DNA of 64,000 nucleotides from Octopus sinensis (lineage: Eukaryota). Location of the stretch: NCBI RefSeq assembly GCF_006345805.1, contig NC_043010.1, forward strand, positions 27,342,001 through 27,406,000. Direction: 5' to 3'. This document shows, one piece after another, positions 52,196 to 64,000 of the stretch; the first letter of the stretch is position 1; each line of letters opens with the position of its first letter. A program made the position numbers and the translations under genes. The notes beneath the pieces are model-generated. The model had not been told where the DNA came from. It was given only the letters and a program-made list of their open reading frames with translations, and ran no database searches.

Positions 52196-54600
52196 TGCAT
52201 GGTCTTCCACGACTCTCGGCAAGAGAGGGGGAGTGTTGTGAAAGACCCATCACAGCCGTGGACGTACGGGATGCGATGGCAGGCTTGGATGGTTTGCCCT
52301 ACGAGTTCTATTGTCATATGCCAGACTTGTTTGGAGGTGTCTTGGCAGCGGTCTGTTGCAACTGGCAGCAACACGAAGCGAAGAGTTGTGGCTCTGCTAA
52401 ACAATGATGCAAGCAAGGGAAACGTCATAGATAACTTCAGGCCTATCACTCTGCTCAACGCAGATTTGAAGATTTTGGCCAAGGTGCTAGCCGAGACGTT
52501 GGAGCTTGTCATCGAGAAACTGTTCGAAAAGGCACAAACATGCGCCGTGCTGGGAAGGATTATCCATGACAACCTCCATCTGATGCGCTACATCATAGAC
52601 AGGTTAGTTAAGGAACCTGGTATGGGCGGGGCCCTGATCAATTTGGATCAATCAAAAGCTTTCGATAGAGTCGACCATCGCTATTTGGAAGCTGTCCTTA
52701 GAGCGGCTGGTTTCGGTCCCGTTTTCCGCGGTTGGATCGCTGCCTTATACAGCAGCATCCGCACGGTAGTTCGCGTAACTGGTCATCTGTGCAGACCATT
52801 TAACATCACACGTTCGGTCCGTCAAGGATGCCTCCTCTCGTTGCTGCTGTACGTACTAGAGCCACTATTGCGGAAGCTGGCGACGCTGAGGGGCTTCCCG
52901 CAAGAACTGGGATTCAAGAGGAACGTGTCTGCATACGCGGACGACGTCTCCGTGATAGTGTCTAGCCATAGGCATATCGACCTGGTCGCCGAGACACTAA
53001 AAGAATACGAAGCGGTAACGGAATGTAAAATCAACCGGGAAAATTCTGTGGGCTTGCGACTCGGCACCTGGGGAAGCAAGCTCATGCTGTCCAACAGCGT
53101 TTCCATCGTGGGACGCCGGACTGACGGATCAGTTAAATTGCTCAGAGTCTGGTTCGGTCCGGACCTCCAAATGGAGAAGAATTGGGACGAGATAACGAGT
53201 AGGGTGGCCACTCTCACCCAGCAATGGGCCGAGAGGAAGCTATCCCTAAAAGGTCGGGTGGAGGTGGCGAACGCATATATTGCTTCTGTCATCGGTTACC
53301 GTCTGATCGTCGTGCCTTGTCCCGACTCTACCATCACTAATCTGAACGCATACTCTTCAACTTTTTGTAGAAGGGAAGCGTTCCTATGGTTAGGCGATAC
53401 ATTTTCTGTCAATACACGCTAAATGTAGGGCTGGGCATGCCTTGGTTGATAATGCGTAGACATGCGCTGCGACCGCGACGTCTCTGGCGCTTCATAGACG
53501 ACGGTGAACAGGTTTGTGAGGCGCGCTTTCCCGCAGCAGGTCTCTTTGGCCGGACTTCAGTTGTGGATCAAACAGAGACCGAGGCTAGGCGAATGGCACC
53601 GCGAGTGCTGCCTTGCTCCCAAAGCAACTCTGCCGTCCAGGACCAAACTTGTGCGACTTCAATTCCACGAAGGCGTTCTATAGAGGATTAGTGGAGGGGA
53701 GGTGGGATGACGTTCTCTGGGAGAATCTGGGCATCGACGAGGAATACCTGACTCGCCAGTTGAGGACAACTTTCGGGCCGGGACCTATGGACAATCACCA
53801 GAGATTCCTGGCCTGGCAATGCTATCGGGAAGCATGGCCCGTTCGGTATAAGCTCTACAGGCACGGTTAAAGATACACCGGACCGACTTGCCCGAGATAC
53901 GGTCAGAGCGACAAAACCGTTCTGCATGCACTCGTGCAGTGTCCAACCATTTCGGACCTGTGGGCTTATGCCGAACGGCAGCTGTCACATGTGGGACGAA
54001 TTTGGTTGTCGGCCGAGTCTATCGTGAAAATTGCTCCACCACCTTCCCTCAACCGGGAAGGCAAGCCAGTTTTCATCGTACTGGTGGCCATGGTGAAAGA
54101 ATGTATATGGTGGACTCGAGCGAAAGGTTTAGAGACAAACACTTTCCTCTCTGGCCAATTGCTTATCAACGTTTTCAAGTCCCACTTGAAAAGGAAGGTG
54201 AGAATAGAGGGGCAAGTTTTGTCTCATGAAAGATTCAATAAAAGGTGGATGAATGCAGCAAAAATGGTACGCGTGAATGACGAAACCACTTTGAGCATGC
54301 TCCTGTAAACCCCCCCAAAAGAGAGAGAGGGCACTTTGCTCTCATGTGATTTTTTTCCCTTCCTGCCTGATGTTACCGTAGGCTTGTCTCTCCACGGATA
54401 AACCTAATCTGTTTTTTTTTACATTTTTACTCTATGCTGTGATACACGAACCCTTTTGATCGGATTTTTTTTATACGATCCCTTTTGATCGGAACTTTTT
54501 CCTCCTTCTTTTCAATTTTCCCTTTTTTTCCTTTCGAAAAGAAAAAAAACTCTACATTGTATTTAGTCCCCTTTGTGTCGGCCCTGTGTGAATAATAAAG
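52196..54600 (+). mobile_element. 5'-truncated Tx1/L1-clade LINE, copy 1
   Basis: NFRPITLLNADLKILAK, LDQSKAFDRVDH, VRQGCLLS, AYADD, C-terminal Zn-knuckle remnant, AATAAA and (TATC)n tail 54602-54678. Confidence 0.92.
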
Positions 54601-54601
54601 A

Positions 54602-54678
<77 letters not shown>

Positions 54679-54679
54679 G

Positions 54680-57600
54680 TCTGAAACAAATATGCCACGA
54701 TACAGGTTCGCTTCAACAGCGAAGAAAGAGCGAAAGAACTTTCGACGCTCACATTACAGTCGGAAAAACTAATTTTAATTCCGACCTACCTTGGTCAACG
54801 CGTGACCAAAATTTCGATTAAAAATGTCCCTCCAGAAATAGAATCACAATGGCTGTTGTCAGCGGAGGAAAATATAAATATTCCGGAATATGCCGCCTTG
54901 GAGGAAAAGAAATGGTCGGGGAAAGTGGTTCAGTTATTGATGCAAATTGATCAAAACCAAATCAATAACATCCCCCACCAAATTGAGCTGCCAAACGGCA
55001 ATTTCCTTTACGTGGTGGTAGAGGGTGGGAGGCCTCGCTGTTACTTGTGTGGCAGCGAGGAACACCTCAAAAATTATAGCCCAACAGCAAAAAAAAACAA
55101 CAACAAAAACAAGAACAAGAACAACAACCACAACAAGGAAAAAATCAAAAGAAAAAAGAACCACTACTACCCACACAACTATCAGCACAGAGGACAAGCA
55201 AAGGGAATACGGAACCAAACTCGCCAACACCAACAAATGAACATACAACAACATCTGAAAAAACACCAACAACAACAGCAAGAACAGAACCATTACTACC
55301 CACACCACCATCAGCACAGAGGACAGACAAAGGGAGTAGAAAACCAAACCCGCCAACACCAACAAATGAACATACAACAACATCTGAAAAAACACCAGCA
55401 AGAACTAAAGAAACAGTAAAACCAAAAGACAATACAAAAACTGTTTCCCCTTCCCCCACATCACACACACCACACACACAAGCAGTCAACAACCAGCATC
55501 AACGAAAACAACAACACAACCAATTACACAAACATACATTGAAGCCTACAACATGCCCCTACCTCCTTCCGATTCCTCGGAAATTTCGTCGGAAGACGAA
55601 AGCACTGAGGAATGGCAAATAGCCAGAAAAGGAAGGAGGAACAAAAAAAGAACAAAATCCAATACAAACGCAAACAAAGCAGAGAGATATGCATCTCCCG
55701 AAGACATCTCAAACCCTACCACAAACAATATCAACGCCACAAAAATATATAAAAAGAATATGCTCACAGCCATCGAGACCAAAAGCACAGAGTTGATGAA
55801 ATACATCAATACAAACACAAACATTACAGAAAACGACATTAAAACGAACAATCACCCACAAACAAAACAACCAGAACACATAAAAATTTATCACATATCA
55901 CCAACATTGCACCACACACTAAAGTCCCTCTATCCCAATGCGGTAGGGGGATGTCATAAATATTTACGTAAAAACAGCCTCCTTGATGAAAAATCAAAGG
56001 AGGAGACAAATCTTTCGAAAGGTAACTCTCCTTTCCTTTCGTTTGTGTTTTAAAGCACACAACTCAATAGGCTCATGGTCAAGATTGGTTGTGTGAATGC
56101 GCGTGGCTTGGGGTCCCTTGGAAACAAGGGTACCTTTTAAATGACATCAAGTCACATAATTTGGAAATCATAGCAATGAGTGAGACCAGACTCCATGAAC
56201 CCTTGACCCTAAAGTCCATGTTTGGCGAACAGTTTAACATTTATTTTTCTCCCTGTCCGCCAAGAATGGGCGGTAGTTTGTGGTACTTTTTCGCAAGAGT
56301 CTGGATCTCGAAGTAAAGACGATATTCGTAGACCCGGAGGGTAGACTGGTTGTCCTGGATGTCGACGGCAATGATGGGTGCGCTTTTCGACTCGTATCAG
56401 TCTACGCACCGCTTTTAACAGGTCGGCCGGATTTCTTTCGACGTCTAGAAGTATTCCTGGGAACGTCTCGTCCTTTACCTTTAGTGGGGGATTCGAATGC
56501 TACCTTGGACACGCATTTAGACTACGTGGGGAGAGACGAAAATAGACGGGGATGTAAATGCCTCAGAGACCTGCACAGACGCTTTCAACTGTCTGACAGG
56601 TACCGACTCGACGACCTAAATGTGCCAACGGGGACATGGAGCAATCGCATTGGGTCGTCGAGATCGTATCTAGATAGGATACTATGCAGGACAGCAGCTA
56701 GGGATAGCTTAGGATGTCCACAATTTCACATAGTCAGCTACACAGATCACAAACTTGTGACGTGCACGCTAGACTTAGATTAGGCACATAGGCAGGGTCC
56801 CAGTTACTGGAAACTGAACGCGTCTTTCCCGTCCAGACAGGTTTTCAGAAACCGAATTAGCACACTAGTAAAGAGGGCTTTGACGGGAGCCATCGTCAAC
56901 AACAAATGGTGGTTCGCCCTCAAGAGAGCAGTAAAAGCAGAAGTCATTAGGTATAGCAAAGCACTAGCCATAGATAGAAACAGAGTAGAGAGTGAGCTAG
57001 TTAAGAAGTTAGAAGAGGCAATAAGAAGCGGCATCACATCCGACGTTTTGGCGGCGAGGTTGGCCCCCGACAAACATTTCAACGCCAAACACGAAGGGTG
57101 TGCTGTCAGGGCTAGGATGCGTGCTCTAAGGATGGAAGGTGTTGGAGACGCGAGAGAGGCCCAGGTGGCGGAGGCGCAACGGGGCAACAAAGCCACCATT
57201 CGGTCTCTGGTAGATGAACAGAGACGCGAGTTGCTCGAGCCGAGCAAGATGTGCGAGGCGTTTCAGCAGCATTTTGGCCGGCTGTTCGAGAGGAGTGGCG
57301 AGCGAGAACGCAGTTTGAACTTCAGCCTGCCACGATTCTCGACAAGAGAGGTGGAATGCTGCGAAGGTGCCATCACGACGGCAGATGTGGGGGACACAAT
57401 GGCAGAATGCTCGAGAGACAAATCGCGGGTTTGGATGGTCTGCCCTACGAGTTTTACAATTGTATGCCAGACTTGTTTGAAGACGTCTTGGCAGCGGTAT
57501 ACTGCAACTGGCAGCAAAACGGGAGCATACTCGGTTTTGCGAGCCGAGGAGCCGTAACGCTACTGAAGAAAGATCCAAACAAGGGGGACATTATAGATAA

Positions 57601-59647
57601 CTTTAGGCTCATCATTCTGCTCAATGCAGACCTGAAAATTGTGCCCATGGTGTTAGCCAAGAGGTTGGCGCTTGTCATCGAGAAACTGGTCGACAAGGCG
57701 CAAACGTGCGCCGTGCCGGGCCGGAGCATCCATGACAACCTCCATCGATGCGCTACATCATAGACAGAGTAGTTAAGGAATCTGGCATTGGTGGGGCCCT
57801 GATCAATTTGGATCAATCGAATGCTTTCGATAGGGTAGACCATCGATACTTGGAGGCAGTCCTTAGAGCGGCTGGTTTCGGTCCCGTTTTCCGCGGCTGG
57901 ATAGCTGCTTTGTACAGAGGTATCCGTTCGGCAATTCGCGTAAATGGACATCTATCGAGACCTTTCGACATTGCACGTTCGGTCCGTCAGGGATGCCCCC
58001 TCTTTCGCTTCTATACGTATTGACTCTTGAGCCACTACTGCGGAAGCTGGCAACTCTGAGGGGCATCCCGCGAGAACTGGGATGCGGGACGAGCGTGTCT
58101 GCATACGCGGACGACGTCACCGTCATAGTGACAAGCCACGAGCACATCGAGCTGAAAGACTACGAAGCGGTGACAGGAGCAAAAATCAACCGGGAAAAGT
58201 CAGCGCCTCCGTCGTGGGACGCTGGACGGAAGGCCCAGTCGAGTTGCTCGGGGTCTGGTTCGGTCCGGACCTCCAAATGGAGAAGAACTCGAACGAGATA
58301 ACGAGTAGGGTGGTCACTCTCGCCCGGCAATGAGCCGAGAAGAAACTGTCCCTAAAAGGTCGGGCGAAGGTGGCGAACACGTACATCGCGTCCATAATCT
58401 ATTACCGCCTGACCGTCGTACCTTGTCCCGACCCTACCATCACCAAACTAGAACGCATTCTCTTTCACTTCTTGTGGAAAGGATGCGTCCCGATGGTCAG
58501 GCGATCCATTTGCTGTCAACACCCGTTAAAAGGAGGACTGGGCATGCCGTGGTTGATGATGCGCAAACACGCGCTAAGACTGCGACATCTCAGGCTCTAC
58601 GTAGACGACGGTGAACAAGTGTGGTCGCCGTTTGTGAGGCACGCTTCCCCGCAACTCGTCTCCATGACCGAACTGCAGTCGTGGATCAAAAAAGGCCAAG
58701 GAAAGGTGAATGGCACCGCGAGTGTCGCGTTGCACTCAACCAACTATGCCATCCCGGGTCGACCCAAGCATTCTATAGGGGATTATTGGAGGGGAGGTGC
58801 GACGACGATCTTGGGGCGAACCTGGACGTCTACGAGGAATACCTGACCCGCCTGTTCGAGACGACTTTCGGGCCAGGGCCCATGGACAACTTCCAGAGAT
58901 CCCTGGCCTGGCAGTGCTACCGAGAAGCGCTACCCGTTCGGGATAAGCTCTACAGACACGGCTCGAGAAACACGGGGCCGACCTGCCCGAGATGCGGTCA
59001 GAGCGACGAAACCGTTCTGCACGCACTTGTGCAGTGTCCAACAATTTCCGACCTGTGGGCTTATGTCGAACAACTGCTGTCACGTGTGGGACGAGTCGGT
59101 TTATCAGCCGAGTCTATCGTCAATATCGTCACGCCTCCTTCCTTCAAACGGGAAGGAAGAGCTATTTTTATCATCCTTGTGGCTATGGCGAAAGAATGTA
59201 TCTGGTGGATGCGTCTAAAAGGATTGGAGACAAACACTTTCCTCACTGGTCAATCTCTCATCAACTTCTTCAAGTATCACTTGAAAAGGAAAGTGAGAGT
59301 AGAGAGGCAAGTTTTGTCTAGCGAATGTTTTAAAAAAAGATGGGTGAATGTAGCAAGAATGGCACGTATGAATGACGAAGCCACCTTGAGCATAATCCTA
59401 TGAACCTGGAAATTGAAAACAGAGGATTACCTACTTGCAAATAAATGTGGTAACATGTAACAATATTAACCGAGGTTACCGTGGTCTTTTCCGTAGGCTT
59501 TTCTCCCCACGGATAAACCTTATCTGCTTCCCCTTTACACCTTACATCTATGATACACGATCCCTATTGATCGTTTTTTTCCCTTTTGTTTCCCTTTTTA
59601 TATTTTCTTCCGTCTGTGTGCATCCCTTTGTGGCTAATAAAGAATCA
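54680..59647 (+). mobile_element. near full-length Tx1/L1-clade LINE, copy 2 (ORF1 remnant + frameshifted ORF2)
   Basis: ORF1 has a zinc knuckle CYLCGSEEH. ORF2 starts at 56075 (MVKIGCVNARG), with APE (VGDSNA, YLDRI, TDHKLV), RT (LDQSNAFDRVDH, RQGCPL, YADD) and CPRC..ETVLHALVQC. AATAAA, then (TATC)n 59648-59723. Confidence 0.93.
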
Positions 59648-59709
<62 letters not shown>

Positions 59710-60417
59710 CCTATCTATCTATCAATTAGAATTGAAAGAAAGTCTTGTTGAACTTTTAGCATGATCATTTTGAATATTCTTTTTCAAAGGTTACCATATA
59801 ATAAACATTAATTTTTATATACGATAGTTTGTTCTTTTTTTTTCTTTATTTATAGATTACTTTATACCATAGTGGTTAAATTTGTATAGACTTTAGCTTT
59901 TCAAAATGAGTAAAATTACGCCTACAGCAGACATTCAATGCTGCATGAATTCAAAAGATGCTCTTCAGCAATGGAAATGGTAAGAAATATCCGTCCTGTC
60001 AATGGAAATGAAGTTTTAAGTTCCCGGTTATGCTAAAGATAATTTGGCCAGTTTCGTGCGGGAAATTTTTCTGTCGCTAAATTTCTATAATCTGGACAAT
60101 CAAATCTATTTATACTAAGCTTCTGGAAACCATATTAGAGGAAAATCAGGGGCAAGCTGCACGGAAGTTAGCAAAACAGTTCACGTCACACTTCGATTGT
60201 AAAACATCTTATGGGATTAGGAAAAGAGTCAAGACTTGGTCAATGAGTCCCTCATTATCAGACTGCTTCTCAGCTCAATCAAAGGGTTGCCTTCTATTCG
60301 TAATTGAACAGAATTGCTACCGAAACTTTCCTGGATAGAATTATCACAAGTGATGAAGAGCGTAATTTCTACATTATTTACATTTGACGGATATTTGTCT
60401 TCATCTTGTTTGTTGTT

Positions 60418-60463
60418 AATACAACGTTTCGGCTGATATACCCTCCAGCCTTCATCAGGTGTC
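60418..60463 (-). ncRNA. minimal hammerhead ribozyme motif (C3-G8)
   Basis: GACAC-CUGAUGA-A-GGCUG-gaggguauau-CAGCC-GAAA-CG-UU-GUAUU. Confidence 0.7.
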
Positions 60464-60668
60464 TTGGGGGAAATTTCGAACCTGGGTTCTCATTCCTAAG
60501 GTATTTTTCGATGTTATCATCATCATTTCAGGTCACTACCTGGAATCGAACTCGGAATCTTGGGGTTAGTAGCCCACGCTCTTAACCACAGCGCCATATG
60601 CCCGTGGGCGTAGGTTCAGAGCGCGGACTACTAACCCCAAGATTCCGAGTTCGATTCCAGGCTGTGAG

Positions 60669-60733
<65 letters not shown>

Positions 60734-60815
60734 TAACAATAACAACAACAACAACAACAACAACAACATCGAAAAATACCTTAAGAATGAGAACCCAGGT
60801 TCGAAATTTCCGCAA

Positions 60816-60861
60816 GACAACTGATGAAGGCTGGAGAGTATATCAGCCGAAATGTTGTGTT
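60816..60861 (+). ncRNA. minimal hammerhead ribozyme motif (C3-G8)
   Basis: GACAA-CUGAUGA-A-GGCUG-gagaguauau-CAGCC-GAAA-UG-UU-GUGUU. The consensus of the two copies restores stem I GACAC/GUGUU and palindromic AACGUU. Confidence 0.65.
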
Positions 60862-61622
60862 AACAACAAACAAGATGAGGACAGATATCCGTCAAATGTA
60901 AATAAAGTAAATAATGTACATAATTCCTCATCTTTTAAATATAGAACTGCAGCGTAATTTCTATAATCATATCCAACGAAAGCGACAACGGCCAGCACCA
61001 GATGAGAATCCATTACCACAGAAAAAGTGGCACATGAAGGGTGTCGTCTACCATGAAATGCTTAACCAAAACGAAATACATAATGTGAAGATTTTACTGC
61101 CGTTAATTATAAGCATTGTATAAAAATATGCAGAAAAAGCGATAATCAGGGGTCAATTGTAAATCGGGGTTGCGCTCACACAATAATGCGAGACCATAAA
61201 TTAATTAAGTCACGAAAGCGTTTATCAATTGTGAAGAGGTTAATTGAGTTTTTCTGTACTTCAAAACCTGAAGAATATTACGCGCGAGGGCGCAACGTTC
61301 TGCAAAATAGATGGAATTACATTATCAGTAATGAGGGGAAATAATTAATCTTGTTTAAATATTTTAATTAATACCAAAGAATCATTTGTTTCTTTCCCAT
61401 CTTGAAGTGCGAAAAGACACACACACATTGATATATACTTATATATATTATCTATATATGCGTATATATGTGTGTGTATACTTGTGTGTATGTTTGTGTG
61501 TGTGTGTATTTGGTATGTGCATGTGTATACTCGGAAATATCTTTCACTTAAATCTATTTCAATCATCAAAAAATTTGTGTACTCAGACACTCTCACCATT
61601 TCTCTCTTTCTCTTTCTCCTTT

Positions 61623-61697
<75 letters not shown>

Positions 61698-61699
61698 AT

Positions 61700-61746
<47 letters not shown>

Positions 61747-61759
61747 TATATATAATATA

Positions 61760-61795
<36 letters not shown>

Positions 61796-62754
61796 TGTAT
61801 TTTATATGTATTTATGTATACACATGAATAATGTGCTCACAGGACACCAAGTACACTTTTGAGAAAAATTGACAAAATGTACGGAAATTCTGTGGAACCA
61901 AAATCAATGGCTTAAATTCTGTGAAATCAATCAAGACAACAAAATCAATAACTTTGAAGCATGAACTGAAGATGTTGAGTGAAAAACTTCTTTCTGTGAA
62001 AAAATGCCGGAACGAACCAGCAATGACCACGAATAATTCACAAGCAGTATGTAGGAGGATGAAGGTAAACGACATGATTGTAAAAAGGGCCCCCTTGAGA
62101 GGATACATTTAATCCAGAAACCGAATGTGGGAGGATAAAGAAAAACGATGTGATTTTAAAAGAAAGTCCTTCTGAGAAAGATCATAAATCATTTTGTTTA
62201 AAAGTTGGGAATGAAAGGAAGATTTTTAATCGAAAAGACAGCATCGTGAAAGTTACCTCTGGATGAACTACGATAGAAAAGCTTACATATAAAATAAGAT
62301 TGGAACTTTTACCAAAGTGCTGGGAATGTGAAAGTGCTTGGCGTAGTAGTTAAGGTTTTCAGCACACGATCTGAAGATGGTTAGTTCAATTCCTGAAACT
62401 TGCGGTGCCGTCGTGTTCTTCAGCCAGATTTTCATTACTTTAACCCAAATTCCGGAAATGGATCTTCCGTTTCACTCTTAGAAAACTGCTTCTTTGTCGT
62501 AGGAAGAATTCCAATACTTAAAAAGAAACATGTAAAAATAGCCTGTTGATATTGTCAAAATTCCAATGAAAGGGCCTTGGAGCTAGGTTAGAAACCGGCT
62601 TTTTCTCGATTGGGAAGACATCTTGAAATGAAACTGAATAATGACATACATACATTCATACGTACGTACACATCTACGTACATGCACACATTTATACATG
62701 TAAAAATATACAGATGTATACACACGTACATACCAGTGAAACAAACCACCTAAT

Positions 62755-63437
62755 AATGGTTTCAAATTTTGGCACAAGGCCAGCAATTTCAGTGGAGGGG
62801 AGGAATCGATTACATCGACCCCAATATTCGACTGGTACTTATTCTATCGACATCGAAAGGATGAACTGCAAAGTCGACCTCGGCCGCATTTGATCTCAGA
62901 ACATAAAGAGGAATAAATGCCGCTAAGCAATTTTCCCAGTATGCTAACGAATCTGCCAGCTCGCCGCCTCATCACATCAGATAATAATCCTCTCTAGTAA
63001 GGGTACATGGCCTGATATTTTTGTGCAGAGGGGACTAAGTGATTACATCGACCCCAGTGTTTCACTGGTACTTAATTTATCGACCCCGAAAGGATGAAAG
63101 GTAAAGTCAACCTCGGTGGAATTTGAACCCAGAACGTGTGGACAGACGAAATGCTGTCAAGCATTTCGCTCGACGTGCTAACGCTTCTGCCAGCTCGCCA
63201 CCTTTTCACACCAGATGATAATCTTTTCTACAATAGGCACAAGGGCAGAAATTTGGAGGGCGGGGATAAGTCGATTATATCGACCCCAGTACTCGACTGG
63301 TACTTATTTTATCGACCCTGAAAGGATGAAAGGTAAAGTCGACCTCGGCGGAATTTGAACTCATAACGTAGCGGCAGACGAAATGCCGCTAAGCATTTCG
63401 CCCGGCGTGCTAACGATTCTGCCAGCTCGATGCCTTA
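62755..63437 (-). mobile_element. three head-to-tail family C SINEs
   Basis: Units ~62755-62970, ~62985-63205 and ~63220-63437, separated by CACA(T/C)CAGAT(A/G)ATAATC-like spacers. Confidence 0.85.
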
Positions 63438-64000
63438 TCACACCATCACAGTAACAGAAACCAACGACGTGAAAGCCTTGAACATCTTATTGAAATCTCA
63501 CAATTTTTATGTATGACTGCCATGTGTCTTTTTTTATTCCTTTATATGGCAAGAACCACATTTCGCTCTGTTGTTGTGTTTAGATAGTTAACACATGCAA
63601 TACATATAAAATATATATATCAAATACGTCATTTTTAAAAGGTCCTAATTGCAAATGGGAATACAGTTGATGTGTTTCTGTTTTTATTTTGTTTTCTATG
63701 TGTGTGCGGATTTTATTGTATTTCTTGTTGTAAACAATGAAAAATTGTTAAAACAGAAATATGGAAACTGACATTTCTCTTTTTTTAAATGTTTTTTTTT
63801 TTTGTTTTGTTTTGGTTTACGATTATGTGTAAATGAAATTTTTGGTTTTGTCGTTCTTTCTGTGATTGATGTGACTGTGTTAAGAACGCGCACGCGTGCG
63901 TTTTTTGTGCGGCCATGTTTAAACATGTATTGTGTGGATTAATATAACAACGAATGTATGAATGTGTATGCGTGTGTGTGTGTGTGTCTCATATGAGTGT

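Larger units (their letters stand above)
60372..60950. mobile_element. inverted pair of a tRNA-headed, hammerhead-bearing short retroelement with 13-bp TSD
   Basis: TSD AGCGTAATTTCTA at 60359-60371 and 60951-60963. Divergent tRNA-like heads meet at ~60604. Hammerheads at 60418-60463 (-) and 60816-60861 (+). Confidence 0.8.
59905..61335 (+). mobile_element. heavily decayed mariner transposase, split by the insertion at 60372-60950
   Basis: Remnants LHEFKR, FGQFRAGNFSV, RLGQ*VPH (WVPH), FLDRIITSDE..FYNHIQRKRQ, KGVVYHEML, HNNARP. Confidence 0.7.

Noticed and set aside
61850-62330. Possible transposase relic
   Set aside because: No diagnostic motif recovered in any frame.

Overview
AT-rich, microsatellite-saturated animal non-coding DNA. 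The SINE and LINE repertoire looks cephalopod (octopus-like); this is my recognition and was not checked against a database. I cannot support any host protein-coding exon: nearly all ORFs in the track are microsatellite read-throughs or TE remnants. The window holds a near full-length RTE LINE (15.6-19.8 kb), a 5'-truncated RTE (32.7-33.7 kb), an R4/Dong-type LINE in (AAT)n (5.9-7.9 kb), two head-to-tail Tx1/L1-type LINEs joined by (TATC)n (52.2-59.7 kb), two Penelope-like (PLE) coding remnants, mariner and maT transposase relics, hAT and mariner MITEs, and dozens of tRNA-derived SINEs from about four families. The most interesting signal is RNA-structural. About seven sequence-unrelated short elements, mostly in (TA)n and often palindromic, each carry a minimal type-I hammerhead ribozyme fold. 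The core 3:8 pair co-varies among families (C-G, U-A, G-C). One of them is a tRNA-headed, hammerhead-bearing SINE-like element inserted as an inverted pair with a 13-bp TSD (60.37-60.95 kb). Coordinates were read by eye and may be off by a few bases.
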